Source of the DNA: the human T2T-CHM13v2.0 reference genome, Homo sapiens
Strand: one strand, 5' to 3'
DNA: 64,000 bases
Assembly (NCBI RefSeq): GCF_009914755.1
Contig: NC_060947.1
In this document: piece after piece, positions 12,675 through 26,058 of the stretch
How positions within the stretch are numbered: the first letter of the stretch is position 1
Layout: the number at the start of each line of letters is the position of its first letter
Made by a program: the position numbers and the translations under genes
Notes under the pieces: model-generated
Told to the model about the DNA's origin: nothing
The model's input: the letters and a program-made list of their open reading frames with translations, nothing else
Databases searched by the model: none

Positions 12675-13160
12675 TCTCTCCTAGCCTAAAGAAAGTGTCC
12701 CATATGTGCACACAGAGACAAGTACCAAATTTTTATTGCAGCATTTTTTGCAATGGGGAAAAAATGGAAACAACCATATGTCCTGTAATAGAAAAAGTTA
12801 AATGCAAAAAGGAAGGTGTTGAATGATGGATCCAGCATATCATGTATATCATGTTTAAAGCATGCAAAACAGTATTATATATTGTTTATGCATATCTACA
12901 CGTTTTAAAGCACAAGGCATTAATAAGAGTGATCAATGCCAAATTCTGAAAGGCAGTTACCTCTCAGGAGGAAGGGAAACAGATGGGATGAGGAAAGAGA
13001 GACACAGGGACCTTGAACTGCATCCAAAATTATTTATTTTTTAGAACAATTATTTGGAGCAAATATGGCAAAAGTTTTAAATGTGACAATTTTTTGGTGG
13101 GTTGATGGATGATGTTCTTTAGAACATGCTCTGTACTTTTCTGTATGTCTGAAACATACT
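12675..13160 (+). mobile_element. L1ME-like 3' fragment
   Basis: TATTGCAGCATT..GGAAAAAATGGAAACAACC; GTTACCTCTCAGGAGGAAGGGA; CTCTGTACTTTTCTGTATGT. Confidence 0.6.
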
Positions 13161-13688
13161 AAAACAGGAAAAAGTAAAAACACAAAAATATAGGTTTTTT
13201 AGCATTTACATTTTTGCCTTTTTTTTTTTTGAAGACAAAATTAGGTAACAGAGTGATGGAATTTGGACTTTTCCCTGCAATGGAATTGAAGTCTGAATTT
13301 TGAGCTTTGTGGTTTCAATTTTGAATTTTCTAGTTTTAAGTTTGAATTCTAATGTTGTGCATACTGTGTGATTGTATTCACTTACAACCTAATTATTTCC
13401 TTTCCCTTTCTGGGTTTTTGAACCAAGAAATGGAGCTGGTTCAGCAAGATGTCCGGGACTGCTATCTAGTAGTGTGTTTCTAGTCGAAGCTGTCAGTCAG
13501 TAGCACCAAACATAAAACACAGGGCCCAGGCAAGAGAAGGAGAGAGAATTGCTGCTTTTGAAGACTTTGATTCTGGAATTTTGTATGTCTGAGTGTACAC
13601 CAAATTCCTGTCAAAACACAACCATCTGTGACATTCCAAATTTCTGGGTGAAAAGCAATAAAACAAAGAGCCAGTGGATTTGTTATTA

Positions 13689-13705
13689 GTCACGTGACCA
13701 GGTCA
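13689..13705. promoter_or_regulatory. Perfect palindromic E-box GTCACGTGAC (USF/TFE/MITF class) overlapping TGACCaGGTCA
   Basis: Motif read directly, in non-repeat sequence; function untested. Confidence 0.35.
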
Positions 13706-13909
13706 GGAGGTAGATCACATGGATGATAAATCAGCACTAGCTCACCCAGTCTTTCTTGGACAGCCTGGCTTCCAGATTTCTCCATACTCCCTCTCTGCTT
13801 GGGGTGAGAGCAGCCTTAGGCAAAACCAAGAAGAAAGCAAAGTTTGTCATCCTTGGCTTGCCCTCTTCAGCACTTCCGTGCAAGGTCAACCACAAGCTGA
13901 CAAACCCTT

Positions 13910-14612
13910 TTAAAAAATCGACAGTATATCACATGGTTTCAAATGCAAAACGTACAAAAGGGTGTACAATGAGAAGTCTCCCTTTCAGCTTCCTTCTTCA
14001 AGTACCCGGGTCCCCAACCTAGAGGCAGTCGACATTGATGGAATATTTTATGTACCATTCCAAAAATATGTTAAGGCTATACAAATGAATATATGAATGT
14101 GTATTTAAAAAAAACAGAGAATAATATGTGCATGGTTCAATAACTTTTTTCCACTGATTATATATCATGGATGTTGCATCATACAAGTATATTAAAACTT
14201 TCTCGTTTGTAAATATAATGTATAATATTATATCGTATGGATGTACTGTAAATTATTTAAATAGTTCCTTCCTAATAGGTATGTAAGTTATTTCAAATAT
14301 TTGGCTATTACAAGTAATGTTGCCATGAATAAGATTCACATGTGCTAGTATTTGTAGAGTATTCGTAGAATAAATTCTCAAAAATAGAATTTCTGGGTCA
14401 AAAGGTATATGTATTTACAATTGTGACAGAAATGGCTGGATTGCTCCATAAAAGTGGAACCGTTTTATACCCCCACCAGCAATGTGTGGGAGCACTTGTT
14501 TTCCCAAGTCTCATCAACAGCCTATTATCAAACTTGTTTTTATATTTGCTGAATTAATACATGAGAAACGGTATCTCAATGTGCATTTAATTTGCATTTC
14601 TCTTATTACCTT
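13910..14612 (-). mobile_element. L1ME-like 3' end
   Basis: ACATGGTTTCAAATGCAAAACGTACAAAAGGGT; TCTGGGTCAAAAGGTAT; CCCACCAGCAATGTG; GGTATCTCAATGTGCATTTAATTTGCATTTCTC. Confidence 0.8.
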
Positions 14613-15189
14613 TTCAATTGTTGAAAGTCATTTTTGACATGGGAAATCTGCTTTCAAGGGTACTAGAAGTTCTAAAAAGCCCTCTTGGTGTAACACATCC
14701 AGATTTTGGATAAATTATAACATTGTTTTTTAATGCAATTTCTGGTCTGCAGTAAAGGGAAATAAAATTATGAAGGCAAACTGGTAATAATAATAATAAC
14801 GATGAAAACAACAAGAGTGATGAGACCAGGGAAGTGGGCAGGAAGCAAACAGAAGTTTTAGAGTTATCTTGGGCATGAATGCCACTATTATGGTGGGGAG
14901 GGCTGGGTGGGAGGAGAAAATTGAATAGCAAACCACAGGCTTCTTGAAAATGAGGGTGTTGGCTCAGAGACTCCTGCATTGAGCCAGGCCCCTGGGACAG
15001 GTTTTGGGTTAAAAATAACATTGATGATAATATTAATAAAGATAATGACAATAATGACTATAATGAGGTCTCCCTTGTTAATCTGCAACCACAGACTTGG
15101 TATCACTTAGATTCTGGTGTTCAAACTTATACTAGTCCTAAATGTGGATAAATTAAATTAAAGTAGTTTCAGATTAGTAGCTCCTAAGA

Positions 15190-16975
15190 GTTTATCAGAG
15201 GTAAATACAAATATTTGCTAAAGGAAATAACAATTATGAGCTCATGATAAAAAAAATTACTAAATACGTAAGGCAACAAGCCAATATGAGTGAGTCAGCA
15301 AAACAATAACTAGAAGTTGTTGACCTCTAGGACTGAAGATGTTAGAATTAACAGATAAAGACTATGCAAGGGCTTTATGTCTATAAAATGTTTAAAGATG
15401 GAATAACAATGAGCAAGGAGCAGGAGATAATTTAAAAAAATACCTAGGCAGATTTTAAAAATAACCAAATCAATCTCTTAGGAATAAAAAATCATTGAAA
15501 TTAAAAACTGCACATGCATACATAGGTAGTAAAACTATAAAGAAAAGTAAGGAAGAGATTGCAAGATATGTCAGGGAAGTGGTTCATATAGTGAGGAAAG
15601 AGCAAGAGTGTGAATGAGTAGTGATAAGTGGAGATTTCTGAGTACTTATAATGTCTTAATTCTTGACCTGGGTGGGGAGGTTGTGCAGATGTTTGATTTA
15701 TGGTTACTTAATTTGCAGAATGTTATCTTTCAGAAACTTTTCTGCATATATGTTGTATTTCACAATAAAAATGATTAAAGTAAATGATGTATGTTTTAAA
15801 AAGCATCCACATAGGTGAAGAAATAATTAATGAAATTAAATAAAGACATAAATAACCCAGAATGAAGTAATGGGTGACAAGGAGCTGGAAAATATGAGAG
15901 ATTGAAGAGACAGGGAAGATAAAGAAGGTCTAATGTATATCTAATTGAAGTTCCATAAGGAGAGAACAGAGGAGAGGAAATATTTGTACAGATACTGGCT
16001 GAGATTAACCAGAACTGGTGAAAATCATGAACTCACAGATGGAGGAAACACCATGTATACCAAGAATGAGAAATAAAAAGAAATCTGCACATAGACATAT
16101 AGTTGTAAAGCTGCAGCCGATGAGAAAAGACATTTTCCTCAAAGGAATGGGAGTCAGATGATGGGGAATATCTTTTAAAAAGTTGCCAGAAAACAACTCT
16201 CAACCTAGAATTGTGTTCTCAGCAAAAGTATACTTCTAGAACTACTGAGAATTATTGGAACTTCTAAAGGGTTTGTTTTAGGATGAAGAAAAATAAATTC
16301 AGAAGAAATGTTTGAGGTGCAAGAACAAATGGTGATTATATAAACTTAAAAAATTATACATATGCTTATAAAAGCATATGGAAATATAAATGAACATTAT
16401 CCTTATAAATTAACAATACATTGATAAAAATATTATCTAAAAAATCTTCAGAAAAGTAGTGTGGCAAGTGGGAAGAAATGATTTGAGTGCTAAGGTCTTT
16501 GAATTTGTTAAGAAAAGAGTTTAGATATTTATTAATTTTATACTTTGTTTAGTATGCCTGGTATATTTTTAAGGCTTTAATGTCTAAGCCAGTAGAAGAG
16601 AAAATAAAATAAATCAAACAACCTATAAAAGCCCCAAATACCTACAACTCAATGGAATCAAAAGATAGCAAAAAAAAAAAAAGAAAGAAAAAGATCAGAT
16701 AAACATAAACTGAAGAAACAAACAGTGTAAGAACAGATTGTAAAAGCAAGGTACCCATCTAAAACATAAGAATACAGAAAGAAAAAGAATGGAGAACAAT
16801 TTTCAAGCCAAATGACAATTCAAAAAAAGCTGGAGCATATCAATAACTGATACTAATATCAGAAAAAGTAGATACTATTACAAAATGTATAATCAAAGAG
16901 GGTATATATGAAATGACAAAAGGTTTAATAAGAGATGTATAACAGTTCTAAACTTACATATACGTAGTAAAATAG
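15190..16975 (+). mobile_element. Old L1M 5'UTR/ORF1/ORF2-start fragment, with an L1 3' piece inserted at ~15510-15790
   Basis: AGGTCTAATGTATATCTAATTGAAGTTCCA, ACATAGACATATAGTTGTAAAGCTGCAG, CAACCTAGAATT (ORF1); AAAAAGCTGGAG..ATATCAGAAAAAGTAGA (ORF2 endonuclease start). Confidence 0.7.
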
Positions 16976-17894
16976 TTTGAGTTTTGTTTCATACTTTGAA
17001 AGCTCTTTGACATTCTCAGACCTCAAAAATTACCTTGTGGTTTCTTCTAGTACTTTTATTTTTTAAATATATGTATAATGTAACCATGAAAGTATATATA
17101 CATATTTCATGTATTTATCTGATACTCATCCTTGTATGATGGATGAGTTATGGAAACTTTTGTATTTTTATTTTTCCCTGATTTTTAACCTGTTGTACCA
17201 TGCCCAATTTATCAACTAATTCATAGCTTTTTCATTGATTTGAGATGTCAATTTTATCAGATACTGAAATCCCTGGATATATCTGGGTCTGAACTTTCTA
17301 TTTTGGCTCACTTATCTTTTTATATTTCCATACTCCACCCTGTTGAAAGTGCTGTGGTTTTATTTTTATTTTTTGATTTAGAGATGTTTTCTTTATTATT
17401 TATGGATTTATTTTATTTATGCATTTCAGATAACAAAGAATTATTGCCATCTAATTAATTCAGTGCATCTGGGTAGTTGTAATCAATGGTCACTAACATA
17501 GCATAAGGACAGACATTATGTACATCCTAATGGATGTCTACAACACCACTTGTCAATTACTCTCACCATAAAAATGAAAAATGAAAATGAATCTTATCAA
17601 GCCACTAGATCCAACTATTAATTTCTTAAAAATACAGGGGACAGAAGAATATGTTAATAGATAAAGCAGAGATGCATTTAACAAAACAAGTGTTGTGGTT
17701 TTATAATATGTCCTAGGGCTGGTCTTCCTTTATTTTTCTATTTTTTTTTCCAAGAAGTTTTCTGGCTATTTTTTTCTCATTTCGTTTTCCATATCAGCTT
17801 TAGCTCTTCTATTTAAAAAATATTGACATTTTCATTGGGGATGTTGTGTACTTTTGGTTTAATTCAGGGCAACCTGACTTCTTTAGTCTTCCAT

Positions 17895-19380
17895 TCAACA
17901 ACTATTCATTATACACTTACTATGTGTCTGTGATGTTCTGAGTGGAGAGATAGAGCAGAGAACAAAACAGCCAAAAAAAAAATGTGCTGCTCCTGAGGAC
18001 TTTACATTTTAGGTGGGCAAAAGGCAATAAATAAGAAAAATGAAGGACAAATATATAGTATGTTAGGTGGTAATAGGTGTTAAGGAGAAAATTGAAGCCA
18101 AGACTGGTCATTAGGAGTTGGGGGGTGGGGGGGTGGGAATTGGCTGTAATTTTAGGAAAAGTGGCCAGAGGAGGCCTCAGTATGAAGGTCCACTGGAGAA
18201 AGATCTGAAGGATTGAGGGAGCAGGCCATGTGGATATTTGGAAAGAGAATTCCAGGCAGAGAGAGCAGCTAGCGCAAAGGTCTGGAGCCCTTGTATCTCT
18301 GGAGTATCCAACTGACAACAAGGAGGCAGTGTGGCTGGAGCAGAACGAACAAGGCCAAGTGTGGTGGAGATGATGCAGAGAGGTAACAGGAGCTGGAGCA
18401 TTCAGAGACTGGTAGGCCATTCTAAGCACTCTGGGGCTTATTATGAATGAGATAGAAGGCTTTGTTGGGAGGGGCTTAAGGAGAGAACTGATATGATCTG
18501 ACTTTGGCTCTAAAGGATCCTTTGGCTGCCATTTTGGGAATATTATAGAAGGAAAGGGAGACAAGGAGGTGTGGGTGGAGGAGTGGGCAAGCCTATTAGA
18601 AGGCTATGAATACAATCTAGCCACAAGATGATGGTGGTATGTTTCAGGACAACAGTAGCAACAGAAGTGAGGGAAAAGTGGTCAGGCTGTGTATATGAGA
18701 ATTGACCAAATTGGCTGATGAATTGAAAGCAGGGTGTGAAAGACAGAGAGGAGTCAAACATAACTAAGATTTTTAGCCTAAACAACTGCATTAATAGAGC
18801 TACCATTTACTGAGATGGGAAAGATCATAGAAGAGAGATGATTTGCGTTGAAGGATCAGAAGTTTGTTTTGGATATGTAAAGTCTGACTTGCCTATTACA
18901 AACAAGTGGTACTGTCTTGTTAGCAGTTGAATAGAAGATTCCAGAGCCCAGGGAGATATACATTTGGTGGTTAGCAGCATATAAATGCTGTTTAAAGACA
19001 TGAGACTCAATGAGGTCAACAAGTTAGTGAATGTAGATCGAAAGAAGAGGTATTAGGACTAAGCCCTGGGATGCTCCAAAGTTAAGAGGTGGGGATGGGG
19101 TTAAGGAGGAACACAGAAGACTTGGAAGTTGCAAACAGTGCAGTCAAGGTAAGAGGTAACAATGTTGTGGTTTGTTGGAAGTCAAGTGAAGAAAGTGTTT
19201 CGTGGAGGAAGAAGTGGTCAGCCATGTTGAATACTGCTGATAGGTCAAGTTAAACAAGTACTGAGGTTTGATCATTGGATTTAGCAAAGTGGTGATCAAG
19301 GGTGATCTTGCAGAGGAGTAAGATCATGGAAGGGCTTAATTGGAATAGGTTTAAGAGAGAATGTAAGGAGACTCTAGGAC
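17895..19380 (-). mobile_element. LINE-2 (L2a-like) ~1.5-kb 3' portion
   Basis: ORF 17920..18564 contains KSDHISSLLKPL...RVLRMAYQSLN, similar to the L2 ORF2 C-terminus; CCATTTACTGAGATGGGAAAGA and GGACTAAGCCCTGGGA are typical L2. Confidence 0.9.
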
Positions 19381-19389
19381 AGATCTTCG

Positions 19390-20020
19390 AGGTAGCTGCC
19401 ATTGACAGTTATCTGACAAACTTATCCCTCTGATGCAGTCCCAATTCCCATGTGACTTAGGAAAGGATGACCCTCTCTAATTTAATAGGTAAATCCTGAT
19501 TGGTCTAAATTAGTAGCTCTCAATCAGGGATGATTCTGCTCCCCAGGGGACATTGGGCAATGTCTGAAGACATTTGGGGTTGTCACAACTGGGGTGTGTG
19601 TGTGCACGCACGCATGCATGTACACACTATTGGCATCTAGCGGGTGGAGATCAGGGGTGCTGCTAAACATCCTATAATGCAAAGGCATCCCTTCACCACA
19701 AAGAATTATCTAGCCCAAAATGTCAATAGTGCTGAGGCTAGAAACCCTGGTCTAAATTAGTCATTGTGGTTACATTTTCCTTGGTAGTGATTAATCTAAG
19801 TATTGATATGACTCAGTTTGGCCAATGAAATAATAAGAACTCTGCTGAGGAGTTTCTGAGAATTATTCCTTAGCTCTTAGAGGTATAAGGAATAAATGGT
19901 GCCTCTTCTTTGGATAGAGACAGTCAAATTGGATATCATGCTTGAACCACAGTAACCTTCCTGCTACCTGTCTAAAGACGAAGCAACACCTGGGAATGGC
20001 AGAGTTTCTGGTACTTTCAA
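19390..20020 (+). mobile_element. MLT1 LTR fragment interrupted by MER20
   Basis: CCTGATTGGTCTAAAT | TAGTCATTGTGG..AGTGATT..GGCCAATGAAA..TCTGCTGAGG is continuous once MER20 is removed. Confidence 0.65.
19511..19749 (-). mobile_element. MER20 MITE
   Basis: Complete element with perfect 8-bp TSD GTCTAAAT (19503-19510, 19750-19757). Confidence 0.93.
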
Positions 20021-20544
20021 ACGAAAGTATCTGAATTGATTTAACCTCCAAACTAAAAAGACTGCTTTAGATAACATAGGAAGGTTATTTGAGTCACATT
20101 TCTTAGACAGGAATTTAATAGCCAGGTTATCTATTTAAAATCTGCCATAAGGAAGGAAGTTATATCATATTTTTGAGAATGTGTTAAGAGTGACTTACTA
20201 CTATATGCAAAGACTCAAGTTTCATGGTTCAAGTGCCTACTTGAACATCACTACTGCTGTCCCCTCAAATTAGAATTGAAATTTCTTTTTAAATCTCCAG
20301 TATTACCTAGCACAGTGCTGGGGAGGTAGTTGATACATATTTACTCATTAGAAGTTAGACAACTTATCTGGATTAGTTATTTTAAAACTTTTGCAATTAG
20401 TAGTTGGGTAGACCTAATCAATTATCTAAAGCTAGGGAGACAAAATAGGAAACATAACTATAATAGAGATGGAGTATAGTCAGGGTACTCAGTTCCAGGT
20501 AACAGACTATACTTCCATAGTAGCAGACAGAGATGTATCACAGG

Positions 20545-21042
<498 letters not shown>

Positions 21043-21495
21043 ATTACAGGGTATTAGTTAGCTCTCAGAATCTAGAGGACCAGGGATGCTTTAGCTACAT
21101 AGACAGGTGTAATACAAGGAGACAGGGGCCACTGATCCAACAGTGTTCTAGAAGAAATTTCCACCCTTCCGTCATAGCCTGTTCATCAATACCCATGTTG
21201 CTAAGGTTCAAATGGAGTAACTTCCTAGAAGTTAGCCAAGAAGAACCAAAAGTTTCCACCAAACAATTTTAATATCCTACACATGTCAATCAAATCACGT
21301 TTCTTTTTGCTACCTTCCAAAATCTTGGGCTAGTCGATCTGTTTGGCAGAATCCTGGGTCCCATGCAAAATGCAAAGAATCTGAAAAAATATTCAAGTTT
21401 CCAGCCTCTTTATTACAGAAAATCATGCTGAAAGTCAAATGGAATGAGCATTGGAGAGATGATTTTCAGTACCTCCTTTGTATAGTAAGAAATGG

Positions 21496-21980
21496 TGATG
21501 CAGGGTAGGCAAGCCCCAAATTGGGGCTTAGCCTAGGAGGGTTCTTGGTTTTGCTCAGGAAAGAATCCAAGAGTGAGTGAGCTGGTGGTAGAAGAAAACA
21601 ACTTTATTGAGGCAGCAGTGTTACAGCTCCATGACTGCTCCTGCAGAGCAGGGCTGCCCCATGGGCAGTGTGCTGAGACTAGCAGCTCAGAGGCAGCTCT
21701 GCAGTCATATTTATATCCACTTTTAATTACATGCAAATTAAAGGGCAGATTATGCAGACATTTCTAGAAAAAGGGTGGCGACTCCTGAGTCATTGTGTCA
21801 TTGCCATGGAAAGGGGTAGTAACTTTCGGGTGTTGCCATGGCAATGGTAAACTGACATGGCACACTGGTGGGCATGTCTTATGGAAAGGTATTTCTGCCC
21901 CCTCCCTGTTTTTAGCTAGTCCTCAATTTGGTCCAGTGTCCAATTCCCACCTCCAGAGTCGAGTCTTACCTCCTACCTCA
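21496..21980 (-). mobile_element. ERV1 (MER4-group) solo LTR, MER66/MER41-like
   Basis: TG...CA termini, 485 bp, 4-bp TSD ATGG/ATGA, minus-strand AATAAA (~21603-21608), MER41-like CCCACCAG..GCCATG..AGTTTAC..TGCCATGGCAAC block. Confidence 0.8.
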
Positions 21981-22041
21981 ATGAGAGGAGGCAAATCAGA
22001 ATAATAAAGGAAAAGCAGATGCTAACAAGCTGAAAACTAGC

Positions 22042-22046
<5 letters not shown>

Positions 22047-22094
<48 letters not shown>
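22047..22094. repeat. (GT)24 microsatellite
   Basis: Perfect dinucleotide run. Confidence 0.98.
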
Positions 22095-22096
<2 letters not shown>

Positions 22097-22469
22097 TGGT
22101 ATTTAAAATGTAAGCCACTTTAAACCAATTTAGTAATTGTCAGATATAAATATATCCTACAAAAGAATTGCAACGTGACCAGGAAAATTTTGGGCACTTT
22201 ATACAAATAATTATGTGTGAACAGGAACAAACTATGGCATGCGAGTTAGGAAAGGATGAGGAGAGTAGAGAGGGAGATGCCAATTCATCTCAAAAATGGG
22301 TCAGTTGGTCTAGTGACCAATTTGACTACTGGTGTAATCGCTTCAAATTTATATTTTCATTTATGTGTATTGATTACTGTAGGGGATATGTATCATAGCT
22401 GTGGTTACCCATGATCTTTTTAAGAGCATTTCTGTACTTGGGGAAATTCACAGGTCATGAGTCCTCAGC

Positions 22470-22584
22470 AGAACAACCTATTGTTTCTGGCTACCTAGGA
22501 CTGAGGGTTGTCCTGGGATATGGTACTTTAATATTGCTAAAACTAGGCAAGTCCTGGCGAAATTGGGATAAGTTGGTCACCCTA
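22470..22584 (-). mobile_element. MER81-like hAT-Blackjack MITE
   Basis: GGACTGAGGGTTGTCCTGGGA..GCTAAAACTAGGCAAGTCCTGGCGAAATTGGGATAAGTTGGTCACCCTA. Confidence 0.75.
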
Positions 22585-23101
22585 GATTTTGCCTCCTAGG
22601 TGTAGAATCAGAGCTCAAATTTCCAAGCTCTTTTGCTGCTAGGATGTGGCATGTAACCAAGTCTCTGCTGTTTAGAATCAAAAAGCTACCCCAGCCCTCA
22701 GTTCAAAGCTGAGCTAGGAAGGAAAGACACTGCAGTGAGCTTCCATGTTGCCAGCAGGGATAGCAGTCCAGCTGGCTGCCTTTCAGGGGCGGGAGCAGTG
22801 GCTGCAAGTTAGAGTCCCTGATGCAGAAGAGCTGGAGGCTAGAAGCGCTATCATTTGTAATCAGGCTGAGGACCTGGCACCTGGGGCTTGCTGGTGGCAG
22901 CAGTAAGGCAGAAGCGGCTTCTCCCCCCGCCCCCAAATCAGGCTAATTTGCTGCATGGTTTTGGCATTTTTCCTGGAAGTGATGCCGTGGATTTATTTCT
23001 CCAGCCCTACCAGTGATTCTGGAGCTACTGAATATCTTTCAGTAGCTTAAACTTGCCAGAGAATGGATTCCATTGTTTGCCAGTCAGAATCCTGACCAAT
23101 A
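22585..23101 (+). mobile_element. Old ERVL-type LTR fragment (subfamily uncertain)
   Basis: TTGCTGCTAGGATGTGGCATGTAACC near the start; 3' end GCTTAAACTTGCCAGAG..GATTCCATTGTTTGC..AGAATCCTGACCAATA. Confidence 0.55.
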
Positions 23102-23595
23102 AAATAAAATTGGAGTATTTCATATATGGATGATGGATATAGCTCCTTTTAAGTATATGATTTTTAACTGCCTTTTTCTATTAAAAACATCTTTTGATAG
23201 CTATTTGCAAGGAGAGGACAGTCAAACTGCTTAAGGGAGATTTTGTCTTAATTTCATGTTCCTAATATATCTTCATCAAATTTCTGGCACTGCAGTTACG
23301 ATTCTTCATGCTGCTTTTGTTCTTTTTTTATTTTTTTTTGGCTTTTTGACATCCTTGTGCCCCATTGGGTTTGCTAAGCAAATAGGTGTATTCTGCAAAG
23401 ATACAGTGAGAAAATGTGGCAAATCTATGTGTGTTTATTTCAATTGCTCTGTTTTTTTCACTTGTTATATATTAACTTTTTAATATCACTCAAAAAGTTT
23501 TTTCTCGTTTTCCTAAATTGCAAGCCAAATTTTTGTTATTTTCTAAATAAGCTTTTTATTTTGAAATAATGTTCTATATATAGAAAAGTTGCCAA

Positions 23596-23906
23596 GGCCG
23601 GACACAGTGGCTCATGCCTGTAATCCCAGCACTTTGGGAGGCAGAGAGGGGGTGGATCACTTGAGGCCAGGAGTTCCAGACCAGCCTGGGCAACATGACG
23701 AAACCTTATCTCTACTAAAAATACAAAAAATTAGCTGGACATGGTGGTGTGCGCCTGTAGTCCCAGCTACTCAGGAGGCTGAGGTAGGAGAATCACTTGA
23801 ATTTGGGAGGCAGAGGTTGCAGTAAACTGAGATTGTGCCAGTGCACTCTAGCCCGGTTGACAGAGCGAGACTCTGTCTCAAAAAAAAAAAAAAAAAAAAA
23901 AAAAAA
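23596..23906 (+). mobile_element. Full-length Alu (AluSz/Jb-like) inside an L1M 3'-end fragment (~23550-23985, minus)
   Basis: Complete dimer, long poly-A, TSD AAAAGTTGCCAA; host continues AAAAGTTGCCAAGATAGTACAGAGTTCCCATATAC. Confidence 0.95.
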
Positions 23907-24429
23907 GTTGCCAAGATAGTACAGAGTTCCCATATACTTCATCCAGCATCCCCCAATGTTAATACCTTACATAATCGTGGCATTGCTCTTAATTTCTCAT
24001 AACACCTAAATTATAAAGAAATATTGGACCTTAAAATATCATGTACTATCAATACTTGGAGAATATCTTCTCATAAATAGAGGGTATTTGTATTTTGACA
24101 GCAATAGCTTTCTTTATTCTTTGCATCCAATCTTACTATTTATTTTGACATGGAAGCATCTGCTGCCTGCAGCCTTCGCTCCATGTAGAACTCATTCTGG
24201 CCTTGCTGTTTCTTGTTGATGTGTGTCAAAATTTAGATGTGCTTGGATGGTGTGTGAAGATCATAGCTAAAATGTGAAGAGCCAATCAAAGGTACAGTTT
24301 GTTGGAGGTAGCCCCTAGTGAACATAAGCCCAACATTTCAACACCTAGTTCACACAGCCTGGGGAAAGGAGGAGGGCTTGGCAACAAAGGCTAGATGTCC
24401 AATCCCCCTGGACTCACACTATACCATAG

Positions 24430-24588
24430 CATGGAGATTCTCCAATGTCATTGTACATATGAGACACTCTTGTTCAAATGCAGATCCTGATTTAGCAGGT
24501 TTTGGGTGGAGCCTGAGATTCTGCATTTTTGATAGGCACCCACTGATGCTTGTACTGCTGGTCCATAGACCACCCTTTGAGTCACAAG
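24430..24588. mobile_element. MER5A MITE
   Basis: GGGTGGAGCCTGAGATTCTGCATTTT..TGATGCTTGTACTGCTGGTCCATAGACCACCCTTTGAGT. Confidence 0.8.
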
Positions 24589-24757
24589 GTCATGAAGACG
24601 ATTTCACTGGCCATGATGCGGTTGTCATAAATGGTATTAAAGGAGCCATCTTTGCCACAGTTGGTGCTAATCCAAAGGCCAGAATCAAGTGAAAATTCAA
24701 AGTGATACTGTTCTTTCTTGTAATACGGATTTGCATCACTGGCTCGTGTATTTCTTT

Positions 24758-24886
24758 TGATATCTTGTCACCTTTGTTGTATTCTATTGGTTAGAAGAAA
24801 ATTACAGCTTTCACTCACACTCAAAGGGAAGGGATTATACCAGGGTGGGACTCCTTGAGGGCCACCTTGGGGTGTGTCCACCACAA
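24758..24886 (-). repeat. 129-bp local direct copy of the 5' end of the MLT1 LTR at 26502-26630
   Basis: Ungapped manual alignment, 116/129 identical. Confidence 0.9.
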
Positions 24887-26058
24887 GACTATATGAACGG
24901 TCTCTGAAATTAGTTAAATATTGCTAAACATATAATACATTTAGATAACCAATTATGATAATTTAAGTTTAGCCTCTAAGATCCTGGAGAGGAAGTAAAC
25001 TAAAATTTATGGAACACTTACCACGGGACTTGGTCCTAGAAGATATTGGAAACATTTATGGCTTTTTTGAACTTCAGAGTTGAAAACACCCTCCATAGTC
25101 ACACATTATATTAAGGATAACACTTGGAATAGAGTGAGTTATTTTGAATTGTGACCTAAGTTGATATTTCATAGAAGACTTTCGTGTAGTTTGATACTAC
25201 TTCGTGGCCAATTGTGTAAGGAGTACGTGACCATATGCCAGTAGAGCAGATAAGAATAGGGCATTGGGGGATATTTATAAATTAAATCAGTTCTCAATGT
25301 AGTAAAAAGACTTGATCTTACTACTGTTTTAGAATTCTCAAGCCAGATTGAAAGTTTGGCTTGAAATGGAAACTGCTACCCATGATATAAAAACACAACT
25401 TAAGTTTAGGAACAAAACAACTATTTTACATCAGAGTGGCTATAATTTGTGAGTGTGTGTTTATGCACAATTTATTCTGAAGGACCAAAATTTTAAAACC
25501 ACATGCAACATTTCTATATTTTGTAAGCTATTAAAGTCCCAACTGAGGAAACCAGAATCTATTAAGGAAAACAACTCAAATGGCACAAAACATGCTGAAG
25601 ATTACAGTTCTTCAGAATTCATACCTGTGGAGTCTCTCTAATACCTGGCTATAGGAGAATATTTTCAGACAGTAAACTCCTTGACTGCTATGAGAGTTGA
25701 GAATTCTGCTTCAGGGTAACTTTAGTGTAATAATTAATTGAACTTGATAATCACAAAGGAGTCTGTGTGGATTCATGATTCCCAGAGAATTGGTAGGCCT
25801 CTGACCATGGGCCGCTGGTGAGGGGGTTGCCCCTTAGAGATTTTCCACTCTGCCAAGAAGACCTCTGAACAGTGTGCATGTTATTTATAGGAAAAGAGCT
25901 GTAAGGGGAGGGGGGAAGATCAGCTTCTTTTCCCTGCTCTATGTTAAAAGCCCACAGCAGGTTTCTCTCTCTGAATAGGACATACCCTACATTCTAATCT
26001 ATTAGATAATTAAGCTGATGATTAGTTATAATAATACTACTATAATTTAATACAGTGG

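Noticed and set aside
17920-18564. Longest ORF (214 aa) as a novel gene
   Set aside because: Lies wholly within L2 and shows decayed L2 ORF2 similarity running into the 3' tail; no sign of exon structure
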